From Schizochytrium sp. TIO01 (taxonomy: Eukaryota; Protista; Bigyra: Labyrinthulomycetes), in contig SMSO01000035.1 of the NCBI GenBank assembly GCA_004764695.1, forward strand, positions 806,001-870,000: a stretch of 64,000 bases of DNA, given 5' to 3'. Made by a program: the position numbers and the translations under genes. The notes beneath the pieces were generated by a model. It did no database searches and was not told the origin of the DNA. It saw nothing but the letters and a program-made list of their open reading frames with translations. The stretch's first letter is position 1; each line of letters opens with the position of its first letter. Of this stretch, positions 50,740 through 61,772 are shown piece by piece.

Positions 50740-50773
50740 AATCGTTCGAACACGTCAAAAATCGTTCGAACAC
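50740..50773 (+). repeat. 14-bp direct repeat x2 (AATCGTTCGAACAC) immediately before ATG 50775
   Basis: Copies at 50740-50753 and 50760-50773. Confidence 0.85.
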
Positions 50774-50774
50774 C

Positions 50775-52890
50775 ATGTTAGGTAGTACTTTCAAGGTAGT
50801 TAGAAATGCAGCCTCCAAGATCGCCAACCAGACAAGGAGTGCCGCTAGAAGACGAGAACCCCGCCTCTCATCAATTCAGATGTTCACAACCGATTCAGAC
50901 AGACCCACTCCTATGAAACACGTAGTCTTGTATAAGGACTTATTGCAACGGGCTTTAACTTTGCATGCAAAAAAGATTGAGGAGTACAAGCGTACAGATC
51001 GAGATCTTGAGGACCTCAATGCTGAAAAAGCTAAGCTTTCGCAAAAAATCAAGCAAATCGAGAAGAAAATTAAAGAAAAGCTAGGAAATGAGGACGACTA
51101 CGACTTTCTCGATGCTTTCTGTCGTGGTAAGATCAAGTCAAAATCGTTCCAGAAGAGGTACGGGTACTCGCCCGATGATATAGAGGACGTAAATATTGCC
51201 CTTTGCATTAGTTCGATGGAAGACCTTTTCCAAAAAGAAAAGTCGTTAGAAGTGACCGAGCAACAAATTCTTGCAGTTACTCTCCGCCTTGCAAAAACGC
51301 AGGGCAGTATCGATGATTATGATGCTGATGTGAGGAGGTTAAGTGATTTGATTTCTCGTACGGAACCGCAACGCTTTCTGTCGTTCACCAGTGATCATCT
51401 ACCAAGGATTGCTGATTCCAAGCTAGTATTTAAAAAAAACAGGACAGATATCTCAAACCTCAAAAATTACCCCGCTTCGCCTGCGAAGGTCAGGCCTTTG
51501 TTAGTGGAGTCTTTCGTGGACTACTGTGACCGGAAAGGGTACATTGAAACTCTGAATGAACTGCAATATACTGCCAACTACCAAGATATCTTTGATAGGA
51601 TGAATGATCCAAGAGAACTCTTAAACGAAGGAACTGTCACGGAAGAATTTAATCAGGTTATGTTTTTTGTAACAGCAGCCATGACTAAAAAATTCAACGA
51701 AAAAGTCCCTTATAAGGTCTCCATCTATACGTCTGATCAGATATATCTAAAAGGTAGATCAAACTTTTCTTTTTCTTCTAAGAAAGTAGACGGTTCCCGT
51801 ATTCCGTTGATCGTAGGTGAGACGAAAGGTCCTGGTAAGGAGTACTCCTACGACAACCTCGGTGAGACTTATTGTGATCATGGCTGTCCTGGATGTGAAT
51901 CAGAACGTCATAAAAATCATTCAGTTGTTCATCAACTATACGGCTACATGCTTTTGAATGGTCTACTGGTTGGCGTCTACTCGAACTACAAAGTGACTTG
52001 TGTTTTTATCAGGGACTGTGAAGGAAATCTAATGATCACGAACTCTGTTCGGGCTGAAGAAGTTGGCGATATCGCTCGCGGCAAACTCAGTTCGATGCAA
52101 CTTGTCGCACTTGCTATCTTGCTCGCAGCGGATACAAGCGAGATGAACTTCAGTGAAATTGAAAATAACATATTGGTTCCCTGTTTAGGTGGCCGTGAGA
52201 TTAGTGAAGAACGTATCATTCTACCATCTGATTGCAGAGGCAGTAATAACTTGGAAAACGACAAGCACGGAAATACTTATTCTGTGAACGTAAAGAAGCT
52301 CGGCTAAGAACTTTCAAAGGATGGTGCGGTGATTCATTTACCATTATTACAACTTGATGGGTACACTGAACTCCCTCCCACCTTGTCGCGCGGGTAGGAC
52401 ACTTCGGGTTGATATCCCCCTACCAACAGGTGAGAAGATCGACAGCGTTTTGAAGATACTGGATTGCTTTAAGCAAGAAGGACAGATACCAGAGCTTGAA
52501 CACGAAGCTGAAATTTACAGGGAGTTAAAATCGCTACAAGGCGAACACATCCCTGAATTTATCGATTACGGCTTGTTTGATTACGATGTTCTGTACGGTC
52601 TTAGGACAAAATATTCTGGCGAACCTTTAACACCTGAAGACATTACTGATGACTTTGTGGGAAAGGCAGTGATTGCTCTCGATGAAGTTCACTCCCATGG
52701 TGTACTGCACGGTGATGTGGAGGCCCGCAATGTCCTATACAATAAGGAAACTCAAAGGCCTGTCATAGTTGACTTCGGCATGACCGTTCGCAAGATGGAA
52801 ATGAGTGATGAATACTTCACACTAAGCGCTAGTCGAGAGATTGCTAGACTTCGACGTGCGTTGGAGAAGGAAAGAACAACCCAAAATTAA
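50775..52890 (+). pseudogene. Coiled-coil + REase-fold + protein kinase fusion (Crinkler-type REase/kinase architecture), split by a stop and a frameshift
   Basis: ORF1 has GRSNF, IVGETKGP and HQLYGYMLLNGLLVGVYSNY. ORF2 has VLKI, HEAEIYRELKSLQGEHIP, HGVLHGDVEARNVL and IVDFG. TAA at 52305-52307 and a frame change before about 52380. Confidence 0.72.
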
Positions 52891-52952
52891 AACATTTACA
52901 GTCATCAATGAACCAAATTAAAAAAATAATAAAACTTTTATAGTTGTTGCAT

Positions 52953-55936
52953 TTATGAAAAGTCATCAATTTCATTCGCGAAATTATACTGTGTTGCAAG
53001 CTGATGAGACCTATTATAATAAACAAAACGAAAAAGCACCATAAAACAGAGCAAAGAAAGTGCACCAACTGTGAGACCTAGATAAATATGATTCGAACCA
53101 ATTTGTTCAAACAGTTCCTTTAAGTAAGAAAGACTAGTATCATCTGAAATCGTTGGTGCTGAAGAAGAATTTCCAAGCGTAGGTCTCATCGTTGGTGCAG
53201 GAGTTGGAGCCGTGGGAGAAACTGTCGGCGGCGATGTTGGTAAAGGCGTCGGCATAGTAGGTGACGATGTTGGTGCAGGAGTTACAGCAAAAAATGTTGA
53301 AGAATAGATGCCCTGCATGACAAGAGAGTTCTCTTGCGGAGCAATAGAAAGATAACCACTTGACCACGCCGCTGTACTGCTAATATTCGTTGGCCAAAAA
53401 ACGCTAATGCTTTCTGACTTCGTAGCCACAGTCGAAGAGTTAACAAGGGCAACGAACGACCACTCACCAGAGTAATTACGAGTCAGAGTATAATTCGCAG
53501 AGCTAAAGACTGGATAACCATCTATCATAGTGCTGAAGCTATAATTAATTCCCTGCTATACTATGATTATCACCAGATGTCACGTAGATAGATTCGTACG
53601 GAACAAAACAAGAGGTACCATTCAGAGGACTTACCATTGCACCATCGCCAAGACCATCACATTCTCCACAATAAGGGAAATCTGCACACATACATGTCAA
53701 GGAATATCCAGATTCACCGAGCACTGGATGTCGATAATTGCTTGCACTCACCTCATAAGAATAGGCTGCAGAAGCAACAGAACCAGTCCCAAGAACCCAC
53801 CCCTGAGTATTAAGGAAGTATAGTAAATAACTCGTATCCCGTCTACCATTAGAATATAACTCTCAAGAATTCTTTAAATCTACATATTTACCCGTCGTTT
53901 TCATCACTCCAGTTGAACTCACGTATGGAGATTCCAGCATAAGATAAGAACAATCCACAACACAGCTAGTGCTGTTCGGTTCCGACATCATACCTTGACC
54001 ACATGGTTCGCAAAGACCACTCGATTCATTCATGAACATATTACTACCACAGTAAATCACATCACAAACAACTTCCGCAGTAGCACCATCTACACCGCCC
54101 GTAATGAGAAGATAGTTACTGTCATTGGCAAAGGTGTGTACCTCGAAATTTTCAGTAAAGTATCGGGTAGGGTATGCATAAGCATTTTGTAAATCTGCAG
54201 CCCGGCTTTCAGAACTGCACGCGGAGGTCCAACTTCGCGAAGAACTGGTGGTAATAGGATAAGTAAAAGCAATATCGTCCTCCGTCAGTTCGGATAGATA
54301 AATTAGTGTGGTCGAACCGACCAATCCGTAAAACGAACCTCATGCCAAGCTGGTGCAAAAGACCCAGCAATAATAATAAATCTCATAGTACCCCATGTAC
54401 ACTGATTTAAGGTACACTTCATATTAGCCATTCACATAAACAGTCCCAGCGGGTCCACTTGAGACTCCAGGAACAGCATAAAAGATCATCTCGCCCGCAT
54501 AACTTAGAAATGGAGAAACCGTTAAAGCAACATTGCAAGCATCCGCAGAACAGTATTCAACACCGGAATCATCAAATGCCCGATTCCAATCATACAAGGT
54601 AGTCGAATTAAATGTGGCCAGGTTAAATTCACCTTGCCTATCACTGAATAGATGAAATGGTTTGCCTCCAAAAATGTAAGCGTCTAGGTAGTCACCACAA
54701 GTTACATTCAAAGAAACCTTTGAAGGGTTGGGAGTTTCCAAATGAAACAATGTACGCCCCACCGCTTCTGTATAATTCACTGTGTCGCCACAAGAAATAG
54801 AAGTCAAATCTTGCAGTTCATTCTCAAATTGATCTACATCATTGGCACTTTTATTCATATGCCTTACTCTGACTTTCACGCACTGAGTATCCTCATCAAG
54901 TTTTAAGACAGTCACCGCAACTGCATTTCCTCCCTCGCGATAATCATACACATAGGTAGAATTTACAGGGACAAAAGCAGCTCCAGTTGTATCAGTCACC
55001 AATCTGGGCAAGCCTGTTGGATCGATCAAGTAACTGGGACCTGCAATATCTTCATAACGCCTTGTTACCCATTCCATCATCACACCTGGAAGATCACTCT
55101 CATAGAGTGATCGGGATTCCGACGTCATGTATGTATTTGGATACTCCAACCGATACAGAATACAGTAGTACAGAGATGAATTAAACCCCTCTCCTGTATC
55201 GTGGGCATAGAGCCACACAGTTGTATCATCACTTACACAAGACTCGTCTGCTTCGCAATACAAACCATGTGACATTTGCAAAATACTCTCTTCTGGAATC
55301 CACCCCCAAAAGTACTTGTAGTAGGTACTAAATTGAGCTAACAGCCTTTGAACCCATCTCATCATATTCATTACCATATTCTCCATCAATAGCATGACCA
55401 TGCAGCAAACCAAGATTGTGACCAAACTCATGCACTAAAACTCCCATGAGATAAGCGGTTGAATTCACTGAACTTGCAGCAACGTTCATATGTAATCGAG
55501 AACCAACAACATAAGCAACTCCAACATTCCCCAGGTTACAATAAGGGGTGAACAGAGCAACAGAGTCATATGTAGACGCATTTGCACTATCTTCCGCGAG
55601 AGCAAAAGCTTCTTCATAAACAAGCATGCTACTCAAAGTCACCTCTACTCCAGTAATCTAACAATTATCTGATTCATCAATGCTAAAAGATTCCATCACA
55701 TAGGTAGTCTCATCAACTGATAAGTGAACATCAAAACTACCACAAGAACTTGAGTAATAGAACGTACTCAAATCACTTCCTATATCGGCCATAATCTCAT
55801 CACTCGGAACCAGCGAAGAGTAGCTGCTGTTGGGTATAATTCTGACCGCTCGAATTGTATCTGTAGTCACACCATTGCTATAAGTGCTCGCATCAACAAA
55901 TCCAACAATCAAAACAAAAAGCAAACACCGGATCAT
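52953..55936 (-). pseudogene. Large type I membrane Zn-metallopeptidase (M11 gametolysin-like), about 1000 aa, fragmented
   Basis: Six consecutive minus-strand fragments: signal peptide MIRCLLFVLIVGFVDA, HEFGHNLGLLH..EYGNEYDEMG, KYFWGWI, Cys-rich CEPCGQG, PT-rich stalk and a C-terminal TM helix. Several in-frame stops and at least two frameshifts. Confidence 0.78.
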
Positions 55937-56044
55937 TCTATCTAACAAACAATAAGTGATCTCATTGCTTTTACTATATATTGCCAGCGCAAAATAACAC
56001 AGGTGCAAACAATTTCAACCAGCTAAAATAAATGCTAATTATCA

Positions 56045-57025
56045 ATGACATTGTCTTCTCTCACTCATGAAATCTGGAACAGGTATGCTGAAAGGAAACA
56101 GGACGTTCACCTTACATGCTCACAAAAATGGCACCTTCATGCATTGAGAAGCTTTTTACCCAAACACTACTTCCCAAATCAGTTTTCACAAATTATTCTC
56201 CAGGATTTAACAACCGCAGAATTTTGGGAAATCCTCAATATCACATTTTACACATTATCTGATCTCCAACACAATGACAACGACAGAAGAATGCCAACAA
56301 ATGTTAGTATCCAATCCATTCTAAGCGAGCTACAACACATTGAGGCTATGATTGTATTTTGGGCAATCACAAAAGACCACACAAAAGAGAAATTAGGACT
56401 TCCAAATATTGATAATTCCCTCATTGTTAATGAAACAGGATTAAACTTGAAGTTCACAGCCCACGCTTATTGCATGGTTAATAGTTGCTTCGAATCCCTT
56501 TCCAAATGTACTTCCATTTTACCACTTCACGCACCACCAGATCACATTGCTACAACTTTGAGACAGCAAACCATGCCATCCAACACGAATGAGTTTGGCA
56601 CTCGTCACGAACATTTTGATGACTTTTTGAAAAATATCATTCGCGTAGCCTATGGTGGTGACTTCGACGAATACATCGACGCAGTCATTGAAGACATTGA
56701 ATCAAAAAAAATAGGCAATTTCCACGAAATCCTTGCCCGCATTAAAGGTTACGAATTGATGGATCAGAAAGATGTTACAACAAAGTTACCTCCTAGCGAA
56801 TCCTGGCGAAGGCTTTTCAATACATACTTTGATAAGAAAGAAAACAACTTTGACATGTTCTACCAGACATTTACTGCTGAATGTATCTTACTACATTCAC
56901 GTAGAACCCAAAAAACGGAAATATTATCTTTTTCTCTTTTGTGTTCGACAGGCCTTCTTACTTCACCACTTCAGGTATACTACACAAACAAATCTGCAAA
57001 CGGTTTTGGGCCCAACATAAGCTAG
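56045..57025 (+). CDS. Hypothetical protein (orphan, possibly the 5' part of a longer decayed gene)
   Basis: 326-aa open frame, divergent from and 108 bp away from the peptidase start; no motif recognised. Confidence 0.5.
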   Translation: MTLSSLTHEIWNRYAERKQDVHLTCSQKWHLHALRSFLPKHYFPNQFSQIILQDLTTAEFWEILNITFYTLSDLQHNDNDRRMPTNVSIQSILSELQHIEAMIVFWAITKDHTKEKLGLPNIDNSLIVNETGLNLKFTAHAYCMVNSCFESLSKCTSILPLHAPPDHIATTLRQQTMPSNTNEFGTRHEHFDDFLKNIIRVAYGGDFDEYIDAVIEDIESKKIGNFHEILARIKGYELMDQKDVTTKLPPSESWRRLFNTYFDKKENNFDMFYQTFTAECILLHSRRTQKTEILSFSLLCSTGLLTSPLQVYYTNKSANGFGPNIS

Positions 57026-59640
57026 AAGGACACTTCATTTCTTAGACAGATTGAAATCAGACGAGTTGAACATCAGAGGCCAAATAGAACTTGATCAAAA
57101 ACTTTGAAATACAGGACTTCCTAAGGAGTATATTGAAAATTGTCGTTAATACCGTGAACAGGATGACCACAAAAGGAAGGTTTGATAAAAAGAAGAGACA
57201 AGCCTCGAACACTATTGAATTAATATGCAGATAAGAGTCTAACCTAACCTAACTTTCCTGTCCGATATGATACATTCATTCGTCCTGTATCCAGAACCGA
57301 AACCCCAATAACATAAATATCATCCACTTTCTCTTTCTCCTGAGTGTCATCCTTGACTGAGAATCTCTGCACCCTTCACTTCAGAAGCTACTCTACAATA
57401 AACAACACTTTTACAAGATTTTGAAGCAGGTTAAGAAAGTGAAGAAACAAGTACCAGCGAGACTTGCTATTCATGAAGAAAACATCACTACCAAAGTCTA
57501 CTGAGAGCAGGTCTCATGTTAAGCGATTTCTAAATCTCCATGCACCTTTTGCTCTATATAACATATATGGTGCACAAGATAAAGTTGTCTATGATATGAA
57601 ACACCTATCAATGACCACTTCAGTAATTGACCAAATGCATCTCACTCCAAAATGAGATTGTAGGGATTTAAAGAAATATCGCTCCCGTTTTGACCAATGA
57701 TTCGGCCGCATCGCTAATAACACACAGTACCTTCTAGTTCTATAATGTAAGATACATGTAAACTGCGCAGGTTCCTGTTGGGAGCTAGCCCCAAAACTTC
57801 AAGAACCTCGTGCACGAGTAGATACATACTACTAGTACTTTCAGACGCTTTGAATATTTAGAATACCAGACCATTTTGGGGTATGACATTTGAAGTTGTG
57901 GACTTTACATTCCTCCATATCTAAATGTCTTAAATAGGAGACAGAAGGTCACCTGGTAGCAAGTGTAGTACTATGTTCTTAAAATGAACTGTCTACCTCG
58001 ATCAATGGAAATGATGTTAAGCAAAGTACGCTGCCCATATCTAAATTAACTCCTTGATTGGCATGCTGATCAAAGTTTTTAATTGCATAGCTTAAGGTGA
58101 ATAGATAATGCGATGAAGGTGGCTGCAGCGTCTTATTCATATTGTTTGGCTGAAGAGGTTTCCATGACAAATGAATGAAACCAAAGAAATCGTTTTGGTA
58201 TACCCTTTAAAAATATTACCCACAATTTCATGTATGAGTTCACTAGAGGTGTAGTTTTCAGGTTCAAAGTTTGCTCAACATCCTCACTGAATTCTTTCAA
58301 TTAGTATAAAACCTGACTAAGTTCTGTGCGTTGGTTTTGTGCTGACCAAGATCTTGAAATGTTTTAATATTTTGATTCCACACCCTTTGAGACCTTGGTG
58401 AATCAATGCATACAGTTTTTGTTTGATAAAAGCCTGCTTTTTGATGTGGTGCTGTTGTTGTATTCATGAATATGATGACTTTTATGAGTGTACAGGTCGA
58501 GTGGACCAGTTTTTTTAGCTCTCCGTTTTCAATGGCTTCTGTCATGGTAATAAAAGAGGTGCAAACGTGTTTGAAGACAATGGAATACGGGCTGGGCGAG
58601 CAACCGATGTTAAAGAAAACATGGTGGTTTTTGAAATATATATATTTAACGTAATCGTACTTTCGTGGAGTGTACACACATTAGGATCCAATTCTATTGT
58701 GGTTATCAAAATTTGGTGATCAATATTTTGTTACTTGCAACTCTTCACATCTCCCTGAGAGAAAACATTTCGAAAGTTTTCTTTTTAAACGGTTTTGGGG
58801 GTGGCCCCAACAACGACAACGCCTGAGTGAACCCCCACAACAAGTAGGAATGAGTTAGTCTCGTTTCCTTCTTCTTTGCTTTTATTATTCAGGGTTTTAC
58901 AAAGTCACTGCGTGCGTGTGATTGAGAATAGACTTCGGAGTGGATTGTGAAGAGCTAGCTAGTACTCACAATAGGTCTAAATAGTTAATTGGTTGGTGCA
59001 CAACGCTCAACTTTAAACGTGGCGCGTGGAAGTTGCATTGGGTGACCGGGCAAGACGAAGTTTTAACTTCAACCATTCTGACAAGTGGTAGAAATGAAGC
59101 TAAAAGATCCTTGTCTAGAGTCAAACCAAACATGTTCACAGTTTGAAGTGGGTTCATTTAACGCTAAGTCTAACTACTTCGAACTTGGGGTTGTCAATGA
59201 TAACTGGTATCTGAAACATGGGAGATGCCGAAAACTAAATGTGTCGCTCTAAAAGCTTCCCATTCACTGAAGCGGCAAAGCTATATCACAAAAACACTCT
59301 CCAGCTTTTATAGCACACAAGTCATACGTGATGGGATGCTGAAACCTGCGTATGTGAAAATGACTTCTGCACTACTCTAGTGAAGAAAACTGCAGACGCT
59401 GGCTAAGCTCGCTTGAATTGCGCGGATTCTCTCTACCCCAACCGTTTCTTCACCTGCAGTTATATTGCTCAAGCTGTTCCTGACTTCCATTTGGCACCCA
59501 GTACTGGAAATCCTGTCATCGGTCGCATCTGCACTGAAGAGAGGCGCAATCTCTCAAACCTCTTCGTTTTACTGCGCAGTTACACAGATGGTAGTTTGCA
59601 AAATACAACCCATAAAACTTTTATAAGTTTATTTTCTAAT
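57026..59640. pseudogene. Heavily decayed coding-like sequence, unidentified
   Basis: Short ORF fragments on both strands (57464-57655 +, 57979-58677 -, Cys-rich pieces at about 59000-59640 +) with composition like the neighbouring viral-type genes. Confidence 0.3.
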
Positions 59641-60045
59641 TTAAAAAAAGTTGCGCTTCAGAAATTTTATTTAATTTTATTTAATTTAAAGGTTCTTATT
59701 TAAAATAAGATACATAAACTAAAACTAAAATAATAAATGGAAAAAGAAGGGAAAAGAAAATAATAAACTTTGAAATCATGCAAGTGAACAAAGTTACAGA
59801 AAACCTTCCTCCTTTCCCATTTCAAAATACTCCTCTTCACGATTCTTACTATATTATGTGCCTGCCTAGGCACTCATTCTTTTCAAGTTACCTCATCTCC
59901 CACAATTTTTCATAATTATAGTTAAAGAAAAATCCTCACTTCGTTTCCTTCAATCTACACTCGCCGAAATCATTTTTACTGCCTTACAGGAGGAGCACGC
60001 AGAGCCCCTTGATGCCACAGCTCTTTTGAAACACTCACAATAGTG

Positions 60046-60345
<300 letters not shown>

Positions 60346-60810
60346 CCTTTCCATTCTCCGCTTCCTTCAAAGTTTGACTTCGCGCTTTTCTTTTCCTCAA
60401 TCATCTGCTACTGCGGCGCTTCTGCGTTATTCTCAGTGAATGAGTGCATGGCCCTTCCTTTCTTTCTTTCCTTCCTTCTTTCCTTCCTCACGTAGACAGA
60501 TACATTCATACGTAGATAGTAGATAGGTACATACGTGGATACATAGATACATGACTGCCGTTGCAGCCAATAGGGCGATTCTGCAGACTCGTTTGCGAAG
60601 GAGCCCATAAATCCTCGTCGCTCGCCAGCTTCAGCGTTCGCATTTGGCGTTCCCCAGCTTCGGAGCGCCTCGTGCGTGCATGCAGGCATGCAGGCATGCA
60701 GGCACGCAGGCACGCAGGTTCGTTCGCCACTCCCGTCTGCGCAGCTTCCTCCCTTCCGGCGCCCAAATCTTCTCCCTGAAGCGGTTTCCACGACGAAGGC
60801 GCCGCCTCTC

Positions 60811-61275
60811 TCACTCACTCACTCACTGACTGACCGACTGACAGACTGACCGACTCACTCACTCATTCACTCACTCACTGCCGTAAGGTTATTCATTCAT
60901 TCAATTGTTCATTCATTATTCATTCATTATTCATTCATTCATTCATTCATTAATCATTCATGCATTCAATTATTCATTGATGCATTCAATTATTTATTCA
61001 TTCAATTATTCAATTATTCATTCATTCATTCATTCATTTAATCATTCATGCATTCAATTATTCATTCATTTAATCATTCATGCATTCAATTATTCATTCA
61101 ATTATTCAATTATTCAATTATTTGTTCAATTATTCAATCGATCGATCAATCATTCATTCATTCATTCATTCAATTATTAATTAATGCATTAATTCATTCA
61201 ATTATTCAATTATTCAATTATTCATTCATTCATTCATTCAATTCATTCATTCGTTCATTCGCTCATTCGCTCATT
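60811..61275. repeat. Degenerate (ACTC)n/(ATTC)n/ATTCAATT low-complexity array
   Basis: Visible simple-sequence tract. Confidence 0.9.
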
Positions 61276-61683
61276 CCCGCCGAGCGGAAAAGCTTCCCCA
61301 GCCTTCACCGTGGAACGCCGCCGCCACCAGCGACCGCCTCAACGTCAACGAAGCCACCCGAGCCAACACGCGAGTCTTCCGCCCCAAGAGCTCGTGCCTG
61401 GCGCTTCTTCTCCTTCAAGTTCTTCTCCTTCTTCTTCAAGTTCCTCGCCTCCTTCCTTCAGCACTTCTCCAACGAGGAGCGAGCGTATCATGGTTCCCGC
61501 CGCGGCCGCCTCGTCCCTTGACGTCCTCATTATGTATGTCTGTTTGCCCACAGCGTTCGCTCCAACGCGTTCCAGGCCCCTCAAGTATCGCCAAGAAGGC
61601 AACAGACGGGCATGTGAACAAACAGACAGACAGACAGACATGCGAACAGACGTAGGAGGCGACTCTTGAATGCGAGCGAGCGA

Positions 61684-61772
61684 AAGAACCAAAGAAAGCA
61701 AGAACCAAAGAAAGCAAGAACCAAAGAAAGCAAGAACCCAAGAAACAAGAACCAAAGAATTAAGAACCAGAA
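61684..61772. repeat. 16-bp tandem repeat (AAGAACCAAAGAAAGC), about 5 decaying units
   Basis: Read directly. Confidence 0.8.

Larger units (their letters stand above)
47520..59700. mobile_element. Degraded endogenous large-DNA-virus element (Mirusviricota- or Nucleocytoviricota-like); boundaries approximate
   Basis: Compact, apparently intron-free block with A/T-rich codons containing heliorhodopsin, giant-virus-type endonuclease, A22/RuvC resolvase and orphan ORFs. Most ORFs carry stops or frameshifts, unlike the flanking host genes. Confidence 0.75.

Noticed and set aside
47520-59700. Alternative genetic code or stop read-through explaining the broken viral ORFs
   Set aside because: Interrupting stops are a mix of TAA, TAG and TGA and are accompanied by frameshifts, which fits neutral decay; sequencing error is unlikely to be confined to this block while host genes are intact.
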